NCBI GenBank assembly: GCA_013239625.1
Contig: MU057344.1
Coordinates: forward strand, 932,276 to 996,275
Length of the DNA stretch: 64,000 bases
DNA from: Lama guanicoe
Taxonomy: Eukaryota
Reading direction: 5' to 3'
In this document: piece by piece, positions 25,601 through 36,900 of the stretch
Numbering within the stretch: the first letter of the stretch is position 1
Layout of the letters: each line of letters opens with the position of its first letter
Notes under the pieces: generated by a model
Seen by the model: only the letters and a program-made list of their open reading frames with translations
What the model was told of the DNA's origin: nothing
The model's database searches: none
Translations under genes and position numbers: made by a program

Positions 25601-28583
25601 TTGCCGTACCGTGCGGGTGCCGCTCGGAGGGCCTGGAGGACGTTCCCTGACCTGAGTGGACACCGGCTGCAAGTAGATACCACTGGGGGTATTTTTATTC
25701 AGATTTTGAAGACAGAGAAAGCATTGGCCTTGGACAGGAAAAATCCTTACATGGAGAGAGATGGAAATCTCTTGACGTGGCAGTTTGGCCTCCGAGAACC
25801 TGGTCCCGGGCACCGCCACCCCCCCGACCCAGGAGCGGTGGCAAGCTCTGGGCCCGCCTCACAGTGGGTGCTGGGAGCGTCTGCTCCCCACGGACGTGAC
25901 ATGTTAGGAGGTAGAGCCTGGAGCCAGGCAGCGGGGGGACCCTCTGTGGGATGGGTGTGTGGGCTGTGGGCCCCATCCTCTGAGGGCCTCCCAGGGGAGC
26001 GGGGGGGCTGGGGCCCGGTGGGGTGCGGGCTTGTTTCAGAAGGAGCAGGGACACCCCCACTCCTGGTCCTGCCTGGTGACTTGCCTGCACGGTCAGCGTT
26101 GAAATTTGGGTTGGGGGGTGGGTGCATTGCCATTTCCCGCGGGCCTCAGATGCGCAGAGCCGGAGGCACCATCACTCCCCCAGGGGCTCTGCTGCCCTCG
26201 AGCAGGGCCTGCACACCTGCTTCTCTGGAGGGTGTGTGTCTGTGCGTTGGGAAGCTGACCGTGGGAGGCGCATGAGCCCAGCTCTGAGGTTTGCAGGGCT
26301 GGCCCGTTGGGGCCGTGGCAGTGCCCTCGGGACTGATGGCTGCTGGGATACAGGCCTTTCTTCCCAGCCTGGAGTGCTCGGTGCTTGGAGCTCCCCCGCA
26401 AAACCGGCCAGCCCACCCCGTGTGTCTGTTTCATGCCCACATGGCGGTGCCACGTTGTGCCGGGCCGGCAGCACCTCTGTCACCTCCCCCAGGACCCTGG
26501 CCATCAGGTTCCCGGCTCCTCACCGCTGCCCGCCCTCCGTGGACCGGGGTGGTTACGCGTGGTTCACCACAGGGCGCAGCCGCTCCTCCCACGGGGCCGG
26601 GGGATGGGTGAGATGGCGCCGGTCGGTGTCCTGTGGGGTGGGATGCCGGCAGCCCCCACTGCCTTCCGTGCAATTTGGGGCTGCTCACCTGGGCCCCCAG
26701 GTGCTCCACTGTCCACCTGCCGGTCTCTTCTACAGAGAGTAACATCTCCTCCTCCACACCTGGTGTTCTGTGGAGCAAGAAGGCTGTTTGCTGGAACAAG
26801 GTGGGAGGCCGCTGGGTCCCAGTGGTCTCTGCGGCCCCCATCTCTAGCGCCCTGAGGCCCAGCCCTTGGCCGCGTCTGGGGCAGGGCTGTGGTCTGATGT
26901 GTGCGGGGCGGGGTCTCTTCGGCTGGTACCTGTCCTGTGGCCCCGCGGGAGCCGCCCCAGCAGCCTGCCTGTGTCTGGGGCTGAAAGGCTTCTCCCCGCT
27001 CTGGCCTGTGAAAGGCCTCCTCTCAACTGTGCCCCCGCTGATCCCCAAGGCCACCCTTGTCCGGTCTTCCCTGAGCTGTTCACCCAGTGCAGGTGACAGA
27101 CTACACACGTGTGTGTTGTTACACGTGCACACGCTCCACGCTTGCATGCTCCGTGCCCGCGTGTGAGTACATATATGCACACCCACATATGCCCCTGGTC
27201 TCAGCCTGACAGGTGTCCCGTGAGTCAGGGATGAGGTCTTTGTCAGGGTCGGATTGCAAGGCGGTGGGGGTGTGCTGTGGATTTAGGCAGCTGAGGGCAG
27301 CCTGGGGCCCCACCTAGGAGGCGTGCAGCTTGGAGGAGGGGGCAGGTTAGGGCAGGTGACCGTGTGGGGCCTGTAGGGCCACGGGTGTGGTGAGGAGAGC
27401 AGGGGACTGGGGGCTTGCCCCTGCTGCCCCGATGGGGGAAGGGCAGGTGGGGCGTGGTCAGGAGAGGGGAGCCGAGACCACTGTGTGGGCGCATGGCGGC
27501 ACCTGGTGTTTTGTGTGTCTGGTGTGTCTGTGGCTGCATGAGGTGAGCAGAAACTCAGGGCCGCTGCTCCGAGTGCTGGGGGGAGAGGCCCGGCCCAGCG
27601 CAGCCAGCATCCCAGCACAGCTGCTGGCGTCCCCTGGACTGTCCCCTGTGGAACGCTGGGCCTGCCCTCCCCCAGTGCCAGCTGCTCCCGCAGGGACCTG
27701 TCTGCAGACCACACGCACGTGTCCTGGTGGCTCCTGGGCAGAGGCTTGTTGGAGGTGGGGGGCTGATCCTCCTGAGCGGCCTTCACAGGTGAGGGTGAGG
27801 GCCGTGGGCCGGTGGCGTGGGGCCCCCCCACCCGCCGCCACATAGAACACTCTCCGCGTGAAGGCGGCTCTGAGTCAGCCTTCCAGGAAGGGCGGCCGCA
27901 GCGTCCTGTGCCGCCGCGCTTCCTCGTTCTGGATGGAGTGGCGTGTGTCCCTGCCACCTCTGCTGAGCCCGGGCCACGTGCCCGTGGCCACCTCTCCTGG
28001 CCAGTCAGGGTGCTGGGAGAAGCCCCGTTTGCTCCCCACCCCTCAAGAAATAAGAACATTGTTGTAGAATTGAAATAAGCCCCAGAACAAAGCCCATGGA
28101 TTTGCAAAACAGCTTAATTGTTCTTGGGGTTCTGGTTTTTTTGGGTTTTTTTGAAGAATATTTTTAACGGTTTCTTTCCAGTGACTGCAAAGGAAAAGAA
28201 AGATTCTGTTCCACCCTGCCTGGTCCGTCGGGGGACTTCCCACTCACTTCCTAATTGTAACAGGTTTTGCAGGGGTGTGGGGCTACGGGTGTGGGAGGCC
28301 TTGGTGGCCACAGGCCCATGGCACAGTGGGGACTAGGCGCACCACAGCCACGGGGTCGCGCCTCACGCCCCTTCTTGGAAACTGCTTCCCAGACGCCCTG
28401 CCCCCGTGGGGTGAGCCCCCTCTCCCCTCGTTTCCTGAAGTCTCTGCAGGAGGGATGGCCGCCCACCCCTTCCTTCCCCAGCATCTCTCTCCACGTGCGT
28501 GGGTTTCTTTGTGTTTTGACAGACATGGGCTGGTGGGCATTTCCAGGTGGGCTTGGGAACTTGGTGGCACACCTGACCCCGGG

Positions 28584-31500
28584 AGCTTCCTTCTGGCACC
28601 TGGAGCCCGGAGGGTCTGTCCTGTGTGGTGTCCCGACTCCTTGGGGAGGAGACGTGCCAAATGGCACCGAGCGTCCTGCAAGGGTTGTTTCCTTAGGAAA
28701 GTCTTGACTTACTCTTATCGACAGTGTGGAAGTAACAGAAACGATGACCTACTTAAATTAAAAAAAAATCAGAGCGAATCTTTAAAATTGCTATTTTCGC
28801 TTCATTTTGGGGTTTGGGGTAGTCTTGCAGATTTAACCTGCTTCCTCTGTTCCACGATAAACAGAAAATAGGTCAACTCAAGCATAACATGCAGCATGTA
28901 CCATCACGCAGACAGCAGTAATGGCGCTTACAGAAACAGCCCTGCAGCGCCCAGACCGGGGCCCCAGCGCAGGCCCTGGGCCGGCTCAGGCGCCGGTGCT
29001 GAGCCTGGGCCGCAGGGTTGGCCTGGGGGGCGGCGGGGGCTCTCGCGGGCCCTGCCGCGGAGCACGGGTTTAGGGGCTGTGGCCCCGGAGGCCCTGCCCT
29101 CGCTGGGGGAGGGGCTGCTTTTCTCTGCAGGCCTCGGGGTGGGGGGCCCGCAGCATCTGACCAGTGAGCTCTGGGCCCGGCAGGGCTGGCCCCCACATCC
29201 CACCCCCCAGGGTGCTGCTCTGGCCCTCTCAGCACCCAGCTTGCCCCGTGGCAGGAGGTCCCGGCAACGTGGGCATTTCTGGGTGGGGTGACGTGCCCGG
29301 GAGCTGGCGGGGTCCGCGCCCCTGGCCCGTCCACACACATGGGTTCCTTCTGCATTTGCTTCTCTTGTGCTGGACCTGTTCTGGGGGTCCTACTCTAGGG
29401 GCCCCCACCCCTCGTGTGTAGGGTCTGTGGGCGTCTGCGTGGTGACCCCCACCCACCTGTCCATCTCTGGGGTCCATGCCGGTCTGCGGTTACCCGTTGT
29501 CGGGGGCCCTCCCTGCGTCCTGACGGGGTGAGGACGTGTGCTCGCACTGGCCCTGGCCGCACGGGCCCACGGGGGCGCGGCGGGACTGTCTTGTGCCGGG
29601 GTTTTCACTCTGCCCCTCCTCTGGGCCTGCGGCCAGGGCGTTTCCTCCTGAGCTCGGCCCCACGTGAGGGGCTGCTGGGCCGTCCCCGGGGTCGAGAGCT
29701 GCGGAGGATGCTGCCGCGCCCGCTCCCCGGTCGTGGCCTGGCAGCTTCTTGGGGTTGGCTGTTGTGACAGCCCCCCTGGGTAGGACGCTGTCCCTCATGA
29801 ACTTGCCATCTCTTTATTTGTGGTTCGGGCTTTTTTTCTGCTGACCTGCAAAATGACAGAAGAATTACAAAACGACAACCCGGTGTCATGGGGAGACCCC
29901 CAGCCCCCCTGGCCTGGCTGCTGGCTTCCCCGTGCTCTTCCTGGAGCCCCCGCCTCGAGCCCGCTGGGCTGTGGTCATTACACTCACCTGTCCTTGCTCT
30001 GGGGACGAAACCCCACTGGTCCCTGCCCCTGGGGGCTTGGAAATCTCAGTGACGCTTCCAAGTGTGTTGTGTTACTCCTCACCTGGAATCCGTGGGTAAT
30101 GTAAACGCTTATTCCTGCCTCAGCTCTGAGTGTGCAGCGAATTTCTAACTGGGGAATATCACTTAGGAGTGGAATTCCGTGCTAAAATCTGCCCGTTGAA
30201 AAAAGTTGTATTTTTGTTGTAGCCTGTAAATTAGAAATAGATGGCACTGTGCCAAGAGTCCTGAACGAAGCTTCCTTCTGGCACCTGGAGCCCGGAGGGT
30301 CTGTCCTGTGTGGTGTCCCGACTCCTTGGGGAGGAGACGTGCCAAATGGCACCGAGCGTCCTGCAAGGGTTGTTTCCTAGACTTACTCTTATCGACAGTG
30401 TGGAAGTAACAGAAACGATGACCTACTTAAATTAAAAAAAAATCAGAGCGAATCTTTAAAATTGCTATTTTCGCTTCATTTTGGGGTTTGGGGTAGTCTT
30501 GCAGATTTAACCTGCTTCCTCTGTTCCACGATAAACAGAAAATAGGTCAACTCAAGCATAACATGCAGCATGTACCATCACGCAGACAGCAGTAATGGCG
30601 CTTACAGAAACAGCCCTGCAGCGCCCAGACCGGGGCCCCAGCGCAGGCCCTGGGCCGGCTCAGGCGCCGGTGCTGAGCCCGGGCCGCAGGGTTGGCCTGG
30701 GGGGCGGCGGGGGCTCTCGCGGGCCCTGCCGCGGAGCACGGGTTTAGGGGCTGTGGCCCCGGAGGCCCTGCCCTCGCTGGGGGAGGGGCTGCTTTTCTCT
30801 GCAGGCCTCGGGGTGGGGGGCCCGCAGCATCTGACCAGTGAGCTCTGGGCCCGGCAGGGCTGGCCCCCACATCCCACCCCCCAGGGTGCTGCTCTGGCCC
30901 TCTCAGCACCCAGCTTGCCCCGTGGCAGGAGGTCCCGGCAACGTGGGCATTTCTGGGTGGGGTGACGTGCCCGGGAGCTGGCGGGGTCCGCGCCCCTGGC
31001 CCGTCCACACACATGGGTTCCTTCTGCATTTGCTTCTCTTGTGCTGGACCTGTTCTGGGGGTCCTACTCTAGGGGCCCCCACCCCTCGTGTGTAGGGTCT
31101 GTGGGCGTCTGCGTGGTGACCCCCACCCACCTGTCCATCTCTGGGGTCCATGCCGGTCTGCGGTTACCCGTTGTCGGGGGCCCTCCCTGCGTCCTGACGG
31201 GGTGAGGACGTGTGCTCGCACTGGCCCTGGCCGCACGGGCCCACGGGGGCGCGGCGGGACTGTCTTGTGCCGGGGTTTTCACTCTGCCCCTCCTCTGGGC
31301 CTGCGGCCAGGGCGTTTCCTCCTGAGCTCGGCCCCACGTGAGGGGCTGCTGGGCCGTCCCCGGGGTCGAGAGCTGCGGAGGATGCTGCCGCGCCCGCTCC
31401 CCGGTCGTGGCCTGGCAGCTTCTTGGGGTTGGCTGTTGTGACAGCCCCCCTGGGTAGGACGCTGTCCCTCATGAACTTGCCATCTCTTTATTTGTGGTTC

Positions 31501-31941
31501 GGGCTTTTTTTCTGCTGACCTGCAAAATGACAGAAGAATTACAAAACGACAACCCGGTGTCATGGGGAGACCCCCGGCCCCCCTGGCCTGGCTGCTGGCT
31601 TCCCCGTGCTCTTCCTGGAGCCCCCGCCTCGAGCCCGCTGGGCTGTGGTCATTACACTCACCTGTCCTTGCTCTGGGGACGAAACCCCACTGGTCCCTGC
31701 CCCTGGGGGCTTGGAAATCTCAGTGACGCTTCCAAGTGTGTTGTGTTACTCCTCACCTGGAATCCGTGGGTAATGTAAACGCTTATTCCTGCCTCAGCTC
31801 TGAGTGTGCAGCGAATTTCTAACTGGGGAATATCACTTAGGAGTGGAATTCCGTGCTAAAATCTGCCCGTTGAAAAAAGTTGTATTTTTGTTGTAGCCTG
31901 TAAATTAGAAATAGATGGCACTGTGCCAAGAGTCCTGAACG
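28584..31941. repeat. Direct tandem duplication of a ~1.68 kb unit (copy 1 28584-30267, copy 2 30269-31941)
   Basis: The same ORF set recurs at offset 1674 (e.g. 28873..29355 and 30547..31029). Differences found: an 11-nt indel, T29006/C30680 and A29902/G31576. Confidence 0.98.
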
Positions 31942-32779
31942 GGGTTTTCATAGGACACCTGTAACTTGAAAAAATGCTCCGTTAACACTCAGACACGGTT
32001 TTGCCTATTTGTAGGCTTGCAAGAATGTCTCTTACCGCTTTTCCGAGGCTTCTGTCCGAGGGGCGCAGCCGTGTTCTCAGGGGTGTAAGGTCCTTGAGTG
32101 GTTCACGAGATGGTGGCGCCACCACAGATGACGCCGGAGTCGATTCTCCAGAATACGCTGCCCCCGGGCGTCCAGCCTGGAGGAGGCCATGTCATCTAGG
32201 GGTACGTGGGTCTTCAAGTGCCAAGGGTCAGGGGGTGGGTACCTGCAGTGGAGGGAGGTGGATGCCATCCGATGACCTGAGAGCACCCCCTGTCCGCTGC
32301 TGTGTGAACTGCTGTCTGAGCGGTGCCATCTGCCCCAGTGTGTGAATTGGCACCAGGTCTGAGAGCTGGGGGTCGGGCTCCCATGGGGGCCAGGCTGGGC
32401 CTCTGGGATCTTGAGGACACCCCTCTGGCCTGAACCCCTGCGTGTGAGCTGCCCCAGCCTCCCCTGCAGGACCCTGGCTAGGGCCACATTGTCGTCCGGT
32501 AGGTACCCTGGCTGCCTGCCCGCCCAGGCCTGATGCAGGGGCCTGCCCCCCACCCAGCACATAGTGGCCTCCAGGTCATGCTTGTCCCCCCTCCCTGAGG
32601 GCTGCCCACCCTCTGCAGAGAACTGCACCTCCCATGACCTCTGCCACGCATCTGGTGTTTCTCGTGGCTGCTCCCATGGCCGCCTGGAGCTGCTCCTCGG
32701 GGCTTCGTCCTTTGCTGGCAGGAATGTGTGTCGGAACCACTGACCTCAGTGCTTTGGTTTTTCAACCAACAATTAATTT

Positions 32780-33985
32780 CCTTTTTTTAATAGGCACCAT
32801 AACAACTTTATTGAGATGTAATCACACACCATGGCGTTCACCCCTTCAGAGAGTACATACAGCTCAGTGGTTTTTACTGTGCACAGCCGTCACCATTAAC
32901 CTCATGTTAGAACACTGCCAGCACCCCCACACCCAGCACCCACTGGTCACTTTCTGTCTATGGATTTGCTTGTCTGGATGCTTCACATCAGTGGAACCCC
33001 ACGCGGTGGCCTGTGTCTGGCTCCATCCACTGAGTGCCATGTGTGCAAGGTGCCACAGTGTCGGAGTGTCAGCACCTCACTCCTTGTCCAGGCCAAGTGA
33101 TGCTCCAATGTGTGGATGGCCCGGATCCCATTTTGCGTATCCGTTCACCTGCTGATGGACATTTGGGTCGTTTCCATGTTGTGGCCGTTACGTTAGTGCT
33201 GCTGTGACGCCGTGCCCTCCACCAGTGGTGCGGCAGGTTCCAGGCTCTCCACATCCTCAGCAGCACTCCGTGTCCCGCTTGACACAGCTACGGCCGTCGC
33301 GTGGGGGCAGAGGGGCTCCTCGCCGTGCTCTGTGAACTGTGCTCTTCACTGAGGTAGTTGTGGACTCAACGCGCAGGTGTAAGGGGTATCGGGTGCTCCT
33401 GGCTCCTCGGCCTGGGTTCCTGCAGTTGTGACAGCTTGGAAAGTTACAGGGCAAGGCCTGGGGGTCCCTCTTCTCAATCCCTTCCAGTGTTCACGGAGGC
33501 CTGGGATTGCTGGATCACGTGGTAGCTCTGCGTTTGACTTTTTGAGGAAGCGTCAGGCTGCTTCCCTGGCAGTTGCCCCCGTTACCTTCCCACCAGCGGC
33601 ACGATGGCTCCCAGTTCCCCTCCGTCCTCACCAGCACTTGCTTGCTGGTTTCTGCTCGTAGCCGCCGTGGGGTATAGTCGGATGTGACGTGCGTTTCCCC
33701 GGCGGTCAGTGATGGGGGCGTCGTCTTGTGCCTGTTGGCCGTGGGTGTGTCTTCGGAGAAGTGCCTGTTCAAGTCCTTTGCCTTGTTGGTGGTTTTTTGT
33801 CAGCTTGGCAGCTCTTTATCTGGATACAGGTCCCTTATCAGACATGATTTGCAACTTTTTTCTTCCATTCTGTGGGCTGTTTTTTTCACTTTCTTGGTGG
33901 CGTCCTTTGAAGCACAGAAGTTTTGATTTTGACGAACCCCCCTTTCCTGTTTCATCTTTTGTTTCTTGTGCTTTGGTGTCGTCCA
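32780..33985 (-). mobile_element. Old LINE-1 fragments (3'UTR and ORF2), antisense
   Basis: aactttattgagatgtaatcacacacc and gctgatggacatttgggtcgtttcc. Minus peptide MNRHFSEDTPTANRHK resembles L1 ORF2 MNRHFSKEDIQMANKH. Confidence 0.8.
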
Positions 33986-36900
33986 GGCGTTGGTGGGGCG
34001 GGGGCTCGGGCCGCAGGACCCTTCCTGGTGCCTTCACCACCCGAACCTTAACTACCGTGGGCAGCCCGGTTTTCTCCGAGATGGTCGGTGTGAGGGAGCA
34101 GCTGGTTGTAGGGAGCTGCGCTGACAGCCTTCCCCTTCGGGACATGTGACGGGGCGTCCCCAGGTCGTGGCGCAGGCGGGACATGTGGGAGCCAGAGCCG
34201 AGTTTTGCCTTGTGTTCTCCACCGCGCGGAAATGAAGCTCACGTAGCCGTGGCGGTGCTGCTCCAACAGCAGCCCCTGCAGCCACGCGTCGGACTGAGCT
34301 CGGCCACCTCGCTCGCGGCCCTCGGGGGCCTGGCTGGGGCCACTATCTCCTGTTTAAGAACTGGGCGTATGGGTGCTCCTGCCGCTTCCACCATGCTGGC
34401 CTCCAGGGGCGCGCTGTCATTTACGGCTTCCTGGAGGAGGTTGGTGCTGCGACTTGGCCCGAGATCTTACCCCCAGGCTGTGCCTCCTGGACAGGACACA
34501 GCGGCTGTCCCTCTCCCCCGTCCACCCCGCACTTCCCAGAAACCTTCCCTGAAATTAGAAGCTCCTTGGGTGTTGGGTGAGCACAGCCGGCCTGTGCCCT
34601 TAGTACACAGCTGTCCCTGTCGCCTGACCGTGCACGCGCCGGCAGAGTGGTACAGGCGCCGTGTGGGTGAGCAGCTGCCTCCAGCTCAGATCTGAGACTG
34701 GCTGCTCTCCCCGGCCGGCAGCGCGGCTCTCCGTGTGCCCTTGGGAGGCTCCCCTCCTCGCTAGCTGCGACCTGGTGACAGAGGGTGTGGGAGGGGGTGA
34801 TGGAAAAGATACAGAAGAGGGTAAGGGAGGGGTGCAGGCAGGTGTGTGACGCAGCAGAGCACGTGCATCGGGAGGGCCAAACGCAGCTCTATGTGAGCGT
34901 CACATGGGGGCCCCTGCTCACCTGGAGGGTGTGTGCTCATACCCATGAGACTGGGACGCGGCCCCTGGGCTGATCTGTGGAGCCTGTGTGTCCAGAAGTG
35001 AAGCTGCTTCCCGGGAGAGGCAGACCGCCTTCCAGGAGCTGATGGAGGAGGCACCTGTGCTGCTCACCTGGCCCCGTGCAGACGTCGGGTCCTGACGCCC
35101 GGTTGATGGTGTCCTTCGAACCAGTTGTCACCAACCATAATTTAAGAGGAATGCATTTCTCCAGGTCGCTCGGTTGCTGGAGGAGGAGGTGGCGGGGGCG
35201 TGGCTGCAGAGGTGTCACCCGACCTGGGGTGGAGACCTTACCGATGGGCAGAGGCAGGACACCTTGCAGGCGCTGGGTCCTGCGTTTCCCACGCCCTGTC
35301 CTTTGACCCCTTTGCTGTGCCTTGTTACCGCGGAGGGTCTCAGGTGATGTGCAGACCTTTGGAGATGGGCTTACGCTAATTTTGGTCACTGTGTAGATGG
35401 CTCACTGAACGGGGGCCCTTTGCTTGCTGATGAGCGAGAAGTAAGAGGTGTCGCCCCACGTGGCCCTGGGCGTGTGCCGAGGCCCCCGGCCCACCGTCTC
35501 CACCGCTCAGCTGCAGCCGCCTCGGTGTCCAGGTCTTGTCCTGGGACCCCGTGTGCCATGTCCCCGCAGAGCCCTGCCCGCCGGCGATGTGGGCCTCTGT
35601 CGGGGTGCTCACGTGTCTGGGGCCCGTTCAGGGACCAGACACCCACCTCTAGCTTATTTGGAGGGTGTTAACCCAGCGCCCTCCCAGCAGTGCTCCAGAA
35701 GTGCCCACGTGGAACTAGGGTGACTGTGCCTCTGAGGTGCAGCCCTCGCTCCGTGGTCCAGCCCCATGGGGCACTTGCTCTCTGCACGGTCCCTGGGTGG
35801 TCCCTTGGACAAAGGAGCTGCTTGCTCTCTTGGACGGGAGGGAAGGTTGACCTAAGTGTTCTGGCCAGCTCTCGGTTGCACCTTCCCCCTCTGTTGCCGA
35901 ACCAGGCTGCCTGCCGGGAGCTGCACCCCGGTGGGCACTGCAGGATGCGGGACATCTGACCCCTCGGTAAGTGTGGCGTCTTGATCAGGGTGTCTTAGTC
36001 TCTCTGCAGACCTGGACCCCAGTCCTGTGCCCAGAGGTTTGAGCAGGGATGGTCAGCACCGAGTTGGAGGGTGCTCAGCTTCAGTTGGGAATTGGGAGTG
36101 GACGGCCCAGTCAGCTGAGCGCACTGACCCCGGTGCCTGGTGGCACCCTCCATGGGCCTCTCGCTGGCTGGGATTCAGTCCGAGGCCTTCTGCGTGTTGG
36201 GCAGAACAGGGTCCTCAGAGAGTCCTCCTGACTGACTTCTCTGCCTGGCGTCTGGAGGCCTGTGACTCCTAGTTCGTCGCTTCACTCACCTCCTCCTGCC
36301 TTCGGCCCGGTGTCCGTAGCTTCCTCACGGTGACTCGGGCTAACCGGGGACCTGGGGGACCCAGCCTGCACTCCCGGCCCCGTTTTCCTCCCACCTCAGA
36401 CCAGAGTCTGGGAGCTGGGCGGTTTAGGGCACCTGCTGTGCACACGCTGCCGGAGGCGGGTTACTCACCGAGCACGGCGCCCGTGCCTGGTCCCCGGGGG
36501 GCAGAACTCCCATCCCAGTCCTGTCCTGCCCGCCGGGCCTGGCCCTGCAGCACAGAGTGTCCGTCTCTCCGTGGGGACAGCTCTCATACCTGACGGTGCT
36601 GGGCAGGGTCCAGAGCTCCAGGGACACTGGCGCTGCTCGTGTGGCCTCTCCCTGGGTGGCTGCTCCCGCCTGGTCCCCCAGCCACATTGCCTGGTGCAGA
36701 CCGGAGGATCTGGGGGTGATGGCTGACGTCAGCCCCGCAGAGCAAGAAAACAAAATCAGAGCAGCCCTGTCCGGTGCTGGTGAGGGTGCTGCTCCTCTCT
36801 GGCGGATCATGTGTGTGCACAACCTTGTAGTTGTGAGTGGGGCTGTGCCCCACCCCTGGCGGCCCCACCTGTGAGGCCGCGCTCGGGCGGAAGCTGACGT

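Noticed and set aside
30268-30273. HindIII site AAGCTT created at the duplication junction, suggesting a cloning or Hi-C chimera
   Set aside because: Neither parental end carries the site and it is not the AAGCTAGCTT ligation product; a single inserted base explains it.
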